Origin: Octopus vulgaris
Lineage: Eukaryota
Assembly (NCBI GenBank): GCA_951406725.2
Contig: OX597822.1
Coordinates: forward strand, 96,968,001 to 97,032,000
Reading direction: 5' to 3'
Length of the DNA: 64,000 bases
Positions 14,940 to 27,869 of the stretch are shown here, in pieces. Under the pieces are notes generated by a model. That model was not told where the DNA came from and ran no database searches. It saw only the letters and a list, made by a program, of their open reading frames with translations. The position numbers and the translations under genes were made by a program. Each line of letters begins with the position of its first letter. Positions within the stretch are counted from its first letter, which is position 1.

Positions 14940-15590
14940 CTCTTTCTTACTTCCTTTATTATGTCTACCGCCCTTCCTCTTTCCGCCACCACTGCCGCTG
15001 CTGCGCCTCTCTGTACCCGTTTGCTCCTTCTTCTTGATCCCTTCCTCTTCCCGACACCGTCATAGCAGCGAACCCTAATTACCTCCTCTCGGTTCATAAT
15101 TATTAGGCATGTGTGCGACCTACCGTCATGATCGTCACCGTTGGATCGGTCCCTCCTTTCTCTCAAGTTTGTTTATTTTTTGCCTGGATCTTTATTTTGA
15201 AAAAATAAGCGAGCAAATGTATATCTAGTCTGCTTCTTGGATTGATTTGCCTTCACATCTATTGATAATTGACACTAATTGACGGATATATCGATATTGG
15301 TACTTGCGTATATACATATATATACATATATGGTACGAGTGTGTGTGTGCATATTTATATATATATATGTGTGTGTATTCGGATTTAATTACAAGCATAA
15401 AACGAGAGATACGCGAGGCGAAAATCTAATGCTTTATTGACGGACTACTACTTAGATGGCAAGCGAAAAACATCGATGACCCCCCAACACCATCTTACAT
15501 CTTACAAAAAAGGAAAAGAACAATAAGATCGGAGACTATTTGTGGTTCTTATTATCGGAAATTGCTGCAGCATTCTTCTTTATCTGACTG
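14940..15590 (+). promoter_or_regulatory. CpG-enriched unique segment: probable promoter or 5' exon ending at a TG|GTAATT donor
   Basis: Marked local CpG retention relative to the flanks, CT-rich upstream tract, no TE similarity, and a donor-like site at 15591. Confidence 0.35.
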
Positions 15591-16569
15591 GTAATTGGCG
15601 ATTCTACATAGCAGTTCGAGTTATGGCTATGAGAAGGTATCATCATCATCAGGCCTTTGGCGCTTGCTACTGCTCGAACCTTGCACTATTATAAGGGGGA
15701 CCTGTCTCCCATTCTCCTTATCTCTCTCTGTCTCTCTCTCTCTCTCTCTCTCACTCTCTCTCTATATATATCACCCTCTCTCTCTCTCTCTCTCTCACGC
15801 GCACCCTGTTCAGACACTCCTCCCTCACTAATAGATTAATCACTTTTAAATGAGGTTCTACCTAATACACTTTTAAATGAGAGTTTGTAATTAATTTTAA
15901 TATATGTGTATAGGTGTATTTATCTATTCATTCATGTGTTTAAGCATTTTATGATAATGAAGAGTCGGTCTTTTAGACGCTGTATTGATATTAGAAAGAA
16001 TTCTGTTGTTGATAAGATGCAGAACGGTGGTCAGGTGGATGAGAGGGACGTATGTGTATCCCCTCTAAAATAAAATAGCTTTGTTTTAGATATAATGATG
16101 ATTGTATAGAAGGTATGGAGGGAATATCAATACCTCCTGGTGTAGGATAAAATTTTAACAACAGCGAAGAAGTAGAGGGAATTTGTAAAGATACTAAGGT
16201 GTACCGAATACAAATGATGTGGAATGAATATCAAAATAAGGTTCATGTACCGTGGATAGTTTTAAAACAAAGTGGTTTATACATAGTAATGTAATCAATA
16301 ACGGGATGAGGAAAAGATGATGTATTTATGGAAAGTTTTGTGTGTATGTCTTGAAATCTGAGGACGCTGCTTGATTCCTTCCATTTCAGTTATTTAAGCA
16401 TACCTTGGCTTCAGTTATTCCCCTGTCCAAATTGATATATCACTAATATAATCCTTAAGGTTTTGCTTTTCTATAAAGTATAGATAGATAGGTAGGTAGG
16501 TAGATCACTAATTAATATAAGATTAACTTTATTATAAAGTGTTTTTGTGTCTGATCTCAGTAAGTACAC

Positions 16570-16602
<33 letters not shown>

Positions 16603-17855
16603 CGTGACGCATATTTGCCATTTGAATATGGCTAACCCCTAAGGGTGGATGCTACTGTAGTTTGTAGCCCCAGGAAGATACCTCCTCCAGCTGGCTATAG
16701 ACACACTATCTGTGCCCTATAACTCACTCTGAGATTTATCATTATATATATATATATATATATGAATATAAAATGATGCAGGTAATAGAATCTTCTGTGC
16801 CGGGGCGGCGGTGGTAGTGTAGAGACAATCGTAGTAGCGAGACCGGTGCGTTCAAAGACTGACCAAGTTAACGGTGCCAATCCAAGTATTAAAATTTTTA
16901 CAGCAGCAGCAGTCATTATGCAACATGTGAAATCAGTACTGCTGCCTCTCTTGTTATCATCATCATTATTATTATTATTATTACTATTACTATCATCATC
17001 GTTCTTCTTTCTGTCTTAGTTCTTCCTCCTTACTCTCTCTCTCTCTCTCTGTCTCGCCATTCTTTCCTCTTGTAGAAACATAAGACAGATATAGAAGTGG
17101 GGGGAGCCAGAGAGCACACAAGTCATCATGCTGCTGCCATTAACGGCCGCATCCAAACTCTCTCTCTGTCTCCGTCTTTATCATCAACATTATCATACTC
17201 ATAATAATAATAATAATTATTATTATTATTGTTGTTATCATTACTAATGCCATCATCAACGTTCGGAAGTCCTCAGCATCAGTAATTATGACTATAAGCA
17301 TCTTCCAACGACCGTAACAGGATATTTCATTTTTTAAACGGTCGTCTACTCACCCAAACAACCATTTCACCAACTTCCTCCTATTATTAATATTATTATT
17401 ATTATTTACACCGTAATCAATCTTAGATTTATTCTGACTTGCTGCAAGGAATACGTCACCATCATCATCATTATCATCACTGCCACCACTTTTACCAGCA
17501 AATCTCCTCTGAAAAGATGATGACTAACTATTTTAGTTCAGAGCTAAGACTGCAATTACAGACATTGGTGTAAATACGTAGAAAAATAATAAAAAATAAC
17601 AAATCAGATGGCACAAACGGAACTGTATCTCTTCGTATAACTTCAATATCAGGAACTGTTCACCTTCTTGGGATGAAGGACATCTCCACTCTTTTGGGGG
17701 CTAACATCATTGAATTATTTCATGTTGTGTATGTGGAGGGTCTCACCTAAGCCCTTAATTACATTACAAAACAAACGATTTGCTGCAGCAGCAGGGGTCA
17801 TTACCCGAACCAGGTTTTCCTCTTAATCTCGGAGTAACTTACCAGATATTTCGAT

Positions 17856-18006
17856 ATGGATGATGATGTATTGACTTTTACACGGAGGCGAGCCCACAGC
17901 CTGTGGACTTGTAGCTCCATTGAGAATTTACATCTCTCGCCCTTTCACGATGAGAAATTTCGTGGTCGTCCCTTCAGCCGTTTCAACAAGTGTTTGTCAT
18001 GGTTGG
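17856..18006 (+). CDS. MAST: Candidate alternative first coding exon of MAST
   Basis: ATG at 17856 opens MDDDVLTFTRRRAHSLWTCSSIENLHLSPFHDEKFRGRPFSRFNKCLSWL+G, ending at a consensus G|GTGAGT donor in phase 1, exactly compatible with the 53355 exon. It is preceded by about 1 kb of CpG-richer, largely non-TE sequence resembling a 5' UTR. Confidence 0.6.
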
Positions 18007-18038
18007 GTGAGTATTTGTTGTTGCTATTATTTTTATTA

Positions 18039-18072
<34 letters not shown>

Positions 18073-18207
18073 CATTAAGTGATCTTTCGATCATCTTAAA
18101 CTTGTGAACTGGCAAACATACAGACTTGTAACAAGCAACAACAAAGGGCACATCACACATACGTATATACATACATGTATTCATGCATACATACATACGT
18201 GTGTGTG

Positions 18208-18258
<51 letters not shown>

Positions 18259-18965
18259 GTACCTATATATATATATATATATATATATACATACATACAT
18301 ATAGCGAAAGTTGACAGTCTAATTAGGGTTTCGTCTTGGTCGTAAACAAATCCACCCCAGGGCGAAACTCTTGAGTCGACGACAGCCAACTTCTGATTTG
18401 ATAAAATAAACATAATCTACCCACCCTACTCTGCGTATTGTGTCCTAAATCAGACAGTGTTTGGATTACGTAAAACATATTTTCAATATATTGTACAACT
18501 CGTACATTACCACACATTACATATATACATTATCAGTATTTTGGTCGAGCCAGTCTCTTTCTACTATGAGTTTTGTTTGTGGGTGCTCAGGGTCTTGGGC
18601 AAATTATGACATAATTTTTTTTTTGAGGACTGTGCGCACACATGCAAAACTCGGGGTAGCAAAAGACCCAAATAGCATATATATATTCTCAATCTCTATT
18701 CTGTTATTGAGTACTTTTTTTTTAACTGGCAGTCAACACTAAGTGTATATATAACGGAACCAGTACATACACTACATTCTCTCAATATGGTTACAGTAAA
18801 CTACCCGGGTAGCTCATACACACACACACACACCACAGCACAAGTAACAGATAACCTATAACAGACAACATCCACACAGTGTTGTGTTGTGTAAGTTACA
18901 GTCAACGGACGCATAACCTCGCAGCCAATACACGTGACAAACTGTATGTAGACACAACACGCACA

Positions 18966-19131
18966 ATGCTAACAATGAACAACAGATGCAGAGTACGCAC
19001 TCTTGATTTAAAATATGTAACAGATATGAAATGTAATGACATGGACAGTGTATTTGCCATCCTGCCTGCAATTCGTAGAGCACTGACAACACAGGACAAG
19101 GAATGCGGCTCACAGCACACACATTATACAC
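18966..19131 (+). CDS. Second candidate alternative first coding exon of MAST
   Basis: ATG 18966 opens MLTMNNRCRVRTLDLKYVTDMKCNDMDSVFAILPAIRRALTTQDKECGSQHTHYT+C, then a GTATGA donor in phase 1. Unique sequence, with CCAAT and CACGTG motifs at about 18925-18936. No homology recognised. Confidence 0.35.
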
Positions 19132-19392
19132 GTATGAATAAAATATGTAAAGCATATATACGTGTGTGTAGATAGATTATTTACACACACACACACACAC
19201 ATATATATTTATGCGTGTGTGTTTGTATATCTATGTGCATACGTACATACGTGCATGTGTGTGTGGTGGTGGTGCACATACACCAAAAAAAATTCGTTTT
19301 GGCTGGGGTTTCAAGTGTCATCTTATGGTTTATTCAACTGGAAGGATTAATTAAGCTGTCCCAGTCATTAATGATAAATAGATGATTGCTCA

Positions 19393-19428
<36 letters not shown>

Positions 19429-19684
19429 AGATAGATAGATAAATAAATATATATATATATATATATATCTTTATCTTTTATTAAACTTTTAATACTTTTG
19501 ATATATATTTAAAATAATATAAATTAATTAATTTTATGTATTGGCTTATGTTTTTCATTGTTTGATTTGCCTAATAGTGGTTTTATCTCAAATTTAATAT
19601 AATATAATATATTTATACTATAAAATTGGATTTAATCCTAAATCTGATTTTTCCCTGTAAGTTTGGATTTATTCCCTAATATTT

Positions 19685-19718
<34 letters not shown>

Positions 19719-19729
19719 AAATGGAAAGT

Positions 19730-21200
19730 ATTAGCACCACTGATTATGAAGAGAATCAGCTTAGATGAGATGCAGTTCAGGTTTTTGCCAAGTTACTGAT
19801 TCTTTGTTCACAGTGAAGTAACCGCCAGTGAAATTTTTAGCTGAAGAGTGAGTCTCTTTAGTTAGTCTTTGTTGATCTGGAAAAGGCTTTTGACAAAGAA
19901 CCTGTTTACTGGCCTTGAAGAAAACTAGATATAAATGAATGGCTTTTGAGGGCAACACAAGTCATGTAAAGAAATGCAAGCCAGCAAACTGAGAATTGGC
20001 AAAGAGATTTGTGGGAAATTTAGCATGCAGTTAGTTATTTGTTCCTCAAGATTGGGTTCTCAGTGCCTTCCTATTTATTACAGTTCTTTAAATTTTAACA
20101 GAAGTTTAAGACCAGCTGTCCATGGAAATTTCTATTTACTGATTGTTTATCATATAGTCATCATTGCAGAGTCTTTGGAAGACTGCAAAAAAATATTCCA
20201 GACTTGGAGGCCAAAGCTTGTCCTGGGAGGCCTCTACTTGGCAAAGACCGAAGTTTTAGTAAATACGTAAAAAGACAGGTCTGTGATGTCATCAAGGAAA
20301 TAGCCATATTTGAAATGCAGGAAAAGAATATATAGGAACTCTATATGGTGCACACAGTAATAATTATAGGTAGAGGTGTGCTAGGGGTCATAGCTTCTTT
20401 TTCGATGCTTGGAAGATTCTATAGAAATGGTTACATAGTTAATAGTTTCTGATTTCTAAGCAACATAATCAGCTGTGGATAAAGGTACTTCAGAAACCTA
20501 GATATCAGAATAAGAACAGACTGGAAAAAGTTTAAGGAGCTTTTTACTTGTATTGGCAACAGAGGAGTTCTCTCTTCGAAGGGAAGATTGGAATATATGT
20601 TGCTTGCCTTACAAAACATGATAGTCAAACATGAGCACTAAAAGTAGAGGGATGTGTAATGTTAGTTAGTGTAGGAGAGTAATATAGAACAAATGAACTG
20701 AGAGATGAACTAGATACAAGAGGAAACAGTTGTAGTGTGCATGGGAAAATGACTGTTGGTATGTACACGTGATGCATACGGATGATGTGATGTGGGGTTA
20801 ATGAAGTGCCAGGAGATTGAACTGAGGAAGGAAACTGGAAATAAAAAGTACAAAGATGATTTGGGCATAAGTGGTGAAAGCTTATCTGAAGATGTTAACC
20901 CTTTAGTGTTCGCATTATTCTGCCAAAATTAATCCTTTTTTATCTAAATTGTTTTGAACTAATCATGCATTTGAGGTTGGTGTTAATTTTTAAAATGATA
21001 TTGTAGGGTTTGTGTGAGAGACCAGATCTGGCCAGTCTGACCATAAAACAGGCAGAATACTTTTGGCCGGATATGGCCGGTTTAAATGCTAAAGGGTTAA
21101 ACCTCTCAAATGACAAAGGTACATAACAAATGATGAGATACTCTGTTGGAGATGACCCATTCAATCCATGCAAGCATGAAAAGGTGGACATAAAAATTAT
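19730..21200 (+). mobile_element. Decayed RTE-clade LINE (reverse transcriptase to 3' UTR), interrupted by a MITE
   Basis: Frameshifted motifs DEMQFRF, FVDLEKAFD (about 19868-19894), IIAESLED, AKTEVLV and RIRTDWKKFKEL. The 3' tail ccatgcaagcatgaaaaggtggac is shared with a local SINE family. Confidence 0.8.
20895..21100. mobile_element. piggyBac-type MITE family B inserted into an RTE LINE remnant
   Basis: TTAA-CCCTTTAG...CTAAAGGG-TTAA, with LINE-like sequence continuing on both sides. Confidence 0.8.
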
Positions 21201-21225
21201 ATATATATATATATATATATATTCT

Positions 21226-21459
21226 TTTTATTAAAGCCCAAAAAAATCTTCACAAATTGTTACTCAGAGTTTCATGTTACTACTTGTCAGACACTTGTGA
21301 TCGTACTCATAGCCAATAACTGACCGGTGAATAGTAGCGTGAAACTCCAAGTGGCAGTTTATGAAAATGATTTTGGCTTTAATAAAACTCATATTACTCT
21401 ATCTTTAGTATTAGTGTACTATTTTAACCACCTTGTTTTCCATTTACGTGGTCACTAGT
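21226..21459. mobile_element. Degenerate inverted-pair element with hammerhead-like remnants
   Basis: Arms ttttattaaagcc...gtcag and ctgac...ggctttaataaaa. The minus-strand motif at 21258-21293 is TGT-CTGACAA-...-GAAA-CTC-t-GAG-TA-ACA. Flanked by TA-rich microsatellites. Confidence 0.5.
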
Positions 21460-21495
21460 ATGTATGTATCTATCTATCTATATATATATATATAT

Positions 21496-21705
21496 ATTTA
21501 TTTTATAGAAGGAGCTTGTACAGGACTAGAACTGTTTCATTCAGATGAAATCTTCAGGAAGCTTCCTGAAGATTTCATCCGAATGAAACAGTTCTAGTCC
21601 TGTACAAGCTCCTTCTATAAAATAAATTACTTTACTCTGCTATGTATTGAGTACCTTATTTACTGTGGTTAACCCCGACTCAACCCGGGACCTACATATA
21701 TATAC
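21496..21705. mobile_element. Penelope-pLTR-like short element with a 132-bp loopless palindrome (21496-21627), inserted in (TA)n
   Basis: 66-bp arms centred on GGAAG|CTTCC with one mismatch. It carries hammerhead cores on both strands and a tail with TACTCT...TATTGAGTAC, and is flanked by TA/CA microsatellites. Confidence 0.6.
21560..21610 (+). ncRNA. Hammerhead ribozyme-like motif (mirror copy on the minus strand at about 21513-21563)
   Basis: AGCTT-c-CTGAAGA-tTTCatccGAAt-GAAA-CAG-ttctagtc-CTG-TA-c-AAGCT. CUGANGA and GAAA core, stems I-III, and a GUA triplet. Confidence 0.6.
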
Positions 21706-23062
21706 ACACACACATATGTATATATATACATACATATACACAAACACACACACACATATATGCTTTTATCTGACATCTCTCACACACTCTAACATGAATG
21801 ACATTTATCTCTGGGTTTCTATTACAAAACAAAAATTGATGTGGGAAGTACTATATGTTGCTCCTCTAAAGACACTTTGTCGCATTATGCAGACAGTGCT
21901 TCCAATCCTGCTTTATTTACCCACCATCTCAGGCCTCCAACTGATGATGGATGGAACCCCTATGACATAATTGCATGTCTTCAGTGGTTAGTAGGTTGGC
22001 GAGTGTTGTCGTCACACTGTTCCAATAATTTCTAGTTAGGGAGCTGAGTTGGTACACTTGACTTAATCTATCTGTTGGATAATTCATTCTTTTACAAGTA
22101 TTCAGGGCAAGTTCTTTGGCTAGAGAACACCTTCTTTCCTCCCTCACACCAATCTTGCAGGCCCTGAAAAGGGATTATGAACACTTTTTTTTCCCACCTG
22201 ACTTGTCATCTTAACCATTTTAATTTAACATCCACTTTTCCATGCTTGCATGGGTCAGATGGAGTTTATTGAAACAGGCTTTTCTATGGCTGGATACCCT
22301 TTCTAAGGTCAGCCCTCTCTTTTTTTTTTTTTGAGAGAGAAGTAATATTTCCCTATAGCCAGGTGTGTCCATACAGAATATTAGAAATGAATGACGCTGC
22401 TTGTATGAGAGCGTCGATTTTTACAACTATCAGGAAATATCAAGACAAAGAGAGGCATCTGTGTGTGTGTGTGTGCGCACACACACATAGGTTTCTTTCA
22501 GTTCCTGTCTTATATAAAAAAATTTTTTTTTTTAAATCCAGATGTGAGACCAAATTTTGGTTTCCTGTTCGAAAGACTTATTAACAAGGCTTAGTATTTC
22601 AGAAAACCACGAAGCTCACGTGGGTTATATCGCTTGTAAATATGTGTATGCCTATCTCCCTGCATGCACAAACTCTCACGCATCTTATCCGCTTCCTATT
22701 TGATCATGTGTTTTGTTTTTGCTCATCTAATCACACTACTTAATTGATTACCTGAGACAGAATATAGCATACATATATATAATTTTTATATGAGGTTGAT
22801 ACAAAAAATTAGGTGATTTTTTTTTTTTTGTTTTAATCTCAAGGAAGATCCTTTGGTTATGTTGTTGTTGTTATTAATTGTGAAGAAACATTTTATATAG
22901 CATGATATAAATGGAACACATCGAATGAATGTATACTGCTGTTACATTTTGTTCGTTGTGTATATATTGATTATATATGGTATGCATGCATGAATGTGTA
23001 TAAATGCATGTTGCACATCAAATACATGAATTACACACACACACACATATATATATGTATAT

Positions 23063-23255
23063 TTTTTTTACTTGTTTCAGTCATTTGACTGTGGCCATGC
23101 TGGAGCACCGCCTTTAGTCGAGCAAATTGACCCCGGGACTTATTCTTTGTAAGCCCAGTACTTATTCTATAGGTCTCTTTTGCCGAACCGCTAAGTGACG
23201 GGGACGTAAACAACCCAGCATCGGTTGTCGAGCAATGCTAGGGGGACAAACACAA

Positions 23256-23317
<62 letters not shown>

Positions 23318-23470
23318 GACAGGCTTCTTTCAGTTTCTGTCTACCAAATCCACTCACAAGGCTTTGGTTGGCCCGAGGCTATAGCAGAAGACACTTGCCC
23401 AAGATGCCATGCAGTGGGACTGAACCCGGAACCATGTGGTTGGTTAGCAAGCTACTTACCACACAGCCAC
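23063..23470 (-). mobile_element. SINE family 2
   Basis: Near-identical to 12063-12466, with an expanded internal (TA)n. Confidence 0.85.
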
Positions 23471-23816
23471 TGTCTACACATACATACACACTTCATGGAA
23501 TTCTGCCCATATATGCAGCACTGGATTAACCGTTAAGCAAAATAAGCACGTGCTCAGAGCATCGAGGGAGGGAGGGGGGCACAACAGAAATGGTAAATGG
23601 TTGATGGCACAAAAGAAATCACTTTAAACTTGCTTAAATAATATTCAGGATGCCTTTATCTCTACCAAGTATAGGTGCAGGTGTGTTACCTAAGATTAAT
23701 TTTGAGGATCTGATCAAAGACTTTGCAATTCAAAAAAGTAGAAGGAAGCATTTCAAATATAAGTAAATAAGTGGAAATATGCAAAAATAAACATTATTTT
23801 CCATCTCACAGAAAAA

Positions 23817-24166
<350 letters not shown>

Positions 24167-25789
24167 TCCAACATGGCCGCAGTCACATGACTGAAACATG
24201 TAAAGGAATACATATACATGTATGTATAAGTCTGCGTAATTGTGTATCTGTGTGTGCGTGCGTGTGTGTGTGTGTGTAGAATATGCACATGTATAAATAT
24301 ATATAGCGTGCACACTCACACTGACCACGTGCTACTGCTGCTGTATATATTAAACGTGAAGGTTTAGTTTCTGTGAGCGTTGTGTGTTGTGTGATGTGGT
24401 GTTGTGCTGCTCAGAAAACTTAACGTATTCTCAAGGTGTTTTGAAATATATAAATATAGAGTTTGAGAGGCGAACCTATTATGTCAAGATTTTTTCCTTT
24501 TTAACTTGACTAAACAGCTTCTCAGCCTATCGCACCACCACCATCAGCAGCCAGTTTTAAACACACACTCTTTCTCTCTCACACACACACACACACACGT
24601 CGTTGACATGTGATGATGCTATGTATGTATGTAGTGTGTGTATTACTAGGAAATTCGCAAGACTTTAAGCGGGATTTTTTTTTTTTTTTCTTTGAGACAT
24701 GAACATTCGTGGTAGTGGTGGTGGTGATAATGAACATTGTGTATTCAGACTTATTTCTTGCCTATCAAGTCAAAGCTGGAGAAACTAGGACAGAGGAGGT
24801 GTGTAGGTGTGTCTCATTCTATAACCTTGTATTACTGTTTTAGCTTTTTGTTCATTTACACACACACACACACACACACACATCAAACATATGCATCTTA
24901 TTCGCATTCACTTATTGATAGGTTTATTATTTGCAATACTAAAATCCGTTAGAAATTAATTTTCTCACAGGCTATAATGTGAGAGAAGCGACACAGTGCA
25001 CAAGTAAGAAAGGATAACAGCTAAATCCAAGCGGTACACATGCTAGAATATTTGCTCACCCAAAGGGACATGTAGGAGTTCAGGTTTAATAATTGGTTCG
25101 TAATTATGTATTGTTTTTTCTTTTTCTCTTGTGTCGTTCACAAACATTTGCTTTGATTTACAATCTATTACCGAGCTCGGTGATTTGATAAGGATTGGTA
25201 CTAGAGGTCGAGACAGCTGACTAAAACCATTGAATGCAATGTGCTCAAACAAGGATGTGTTCAGTGATTAAGCCAGTAAAAGAGTGTATGTTCTCTACAC
25301 ACACACATTCGTTTGGCTTGGCATGGCTTTGTAGTAAAATGTTTGCTTGCCAATCACCTGGTTCAAGTCCCATTGCATGGCATCTTGGGCAAATGTCTCC
25401 TACAATAGCCCCAGGTCGACCAAATCCTTGAGTGAAGATTTGGTGGACGGAAACTGAAAGAAGCCCGTCATTTATGTTCAACCATGTGGTTGGGAAGCTA
25501 GCTTCTTATCACACAGCCACGCCTGCTTGCTAGCAATTCTCAATTCAATTTCAGACTGGTTAATTAACCCATATTTGGGGTTGTAGAAGTTGTCCTTGTT
25601 GTCCTAAAGGGTAATATATAGAGTGCACATAGCAAGGCTGTCCAAACAGTATATTTTTAATTAGAAGCTAGTTTCACTTTTATATTCATAACATTGATTG
25701 CAATATGCCCTTTTTAAGTTTTGATGGTGTTTGTCAAGAGGTTGGCATGTATAGTGTGGTTTTAGTTCATGTTTGTTCTTTGTTTTATC

Positions 25790-25886
25790 TTGAAGACAGG
25801 AGGTGGTGTACAAAACAAACAGATGTATTAGTATAACGCTCAGGAACAGAAAAAGTCTTTTACGTTTCGAGCCTATGCTCTCTACA
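25790..25886 (-). mobile_element. Truncated, diverged third copy of the same element
   Basis: ggtggtgtacaaaacaaacagatgtattagtataacgctcaggaa...gtcttttacgtttcgagcctatgctc aligns to about 31460-31552. Confidence 0.55.
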
Positions 25887-26666
25887 AGTTTCAGGCCTTG
25901 TGTGCCTAGAGTAGAAAGACCAGTGGCTAGCTGGTAGAATCATTAGCATGCCTGACAAAATGCACAGCAACATTTTGTCCTTATGTTCTGAGATCAGGTT
26001 TTATCTACATTTACTCTGTCTTTCATCCTTTTGTAGTTGATCGAAGGACTGGGGTCACTTTCCTCAAAAATTTCAGACCTTCTACCTATAGTAGAAAAGA
26101 TTGTTGTTACAGTAAGGTGGTGAGCTGGCCAAATTGTTGGCATGCCTGGGCAAAATGCTTTGTGGCCTTTCATCTGTTTTTACATTCTGGGTTCAAATTC
26201 CAGTGAGGTTGGTTTTTTACCTTTCATCCTTTTTGTGGGGGAGTCAATAAAACAAGTACCAGGTGAGCACTGGGGGGGGGGGGGGGGCAATTCAATCAAC
26301 TTCTGAAAATTCCAGGCTTTGTGTCTATGCTGTACAAAGGATTGTTATTGTGGCAGCCCTTGTAGCCAATAAGGAAATAATTATTATTAAGGCTAATGAA
26401 ACATGTTTTATTTAACATATGTTGTTTCCTACCAGGAATTACATTTATTTCATTTGTATTAATGATTTTACTGTTAAACAATTTAATGTATCTCTTCCTC
26501 ATAAATATCACAAGATATTCTAGCTCTGAACTGCTTATCATTTTGCATAACTTTCCTTGTAAACAAACTTCCGCCACCATCACCCTACATATATATGAGC
26601 TACATATAAATTGTCATTGCTCATAATTTTTTATTCGTGTATATATATACATTATGATCTTCTAAA

Positions 26667-26701
<35 letters not shown>

Positions 26702-27489
26702 GTTAATTAAACGCTGTCTAGTCTTATTCACTTATGACTGCAATTGGTCTCTAAATTACAATTCCGTTCCTCTTGAGAATTCTTCAGTCTGCTAGTTTAA
26801 TTTATAAATAAATAATCAACCTGATTTATCAATATGTTCAATGCACCACAAACACAATAGATACACAAACTCTCTCTCTCTCTCTCTCTCACTCCTATGT
26901 ATTTCCAATCACTGATTTTTCCATAGACGGATTTTGTCTGTATCCGCAAACCAATAAATAAATAACTTTTGCTAATCACGTATGCTTTTGTTTTTCTTAT
27001 ACACATATTTATGCTTTGGATGGATCTCTTTTAATTTAATATTTTCTGCCCCCCCCCCCATCCACCACCCCACCACCCCCGTGTTCGATCATAAAAAGAT
27101 AATTAAGTACCACCAGCCACTCATCAGATAGAACACTCTCTATAGAAACATTCAACCCCCCCCCATATCATTATTGGATGCAGATTTATTTCTTATTTGT
27201 CTGTTTCACCTCACCTCACCAGTCTCTCTTTTACACTTTCTATTTTGTTTTTGCTTTGTTTTGTTTTGTTTTGTTTGTTTTTTGTTTTTTTTTTTTACTG
27301 CAATTCGACTTCATCAAAAACTGATTTTTTAAAAAGTGTAAAAGAAAACAAAATAAAAAAAAAAATTCTCTTATACAGAAAGAATACAGAGGCCAATAAA
27401 CAAACATGCACACACACACACACACACACATGTAAAATATATATATATATATATATAAAATTTCAGGCCTTGTATCTTTAGTAGAAAGG

Positions 27490-27522
<33 letters not shown>

Positions 27523-27636
27523 GCCTTTGCACAGCTTCTAATGCTGGAGATATACTACGGTGTCAGCTGTTCACTACCAGTGAACTAAGGTAACATCCCT
27601 TATCATCATCATCATCATCATCATTATTATTATGTA

Positions 27637-27705
<69 letters not shown>

Positions 27706-27821
27706 ATTTAATATGGAGCTGAAACATTCCAGATGTTTTAAACACACTCTGTTACTCTTACAGATATTTACTTCCTTCTGTACCAAGGAAGTAGATATCA
27801 GTAAGCATAACAGTGTGTGTG

Positions 27822-27869
<48 letters not shown>

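Noticed and set aside
14654-15166. 170-aa minus-strand R/E-rich ORF
   Set aside because: Antisense reading of CT-rich and TG/TA repeats, with a TTG start.
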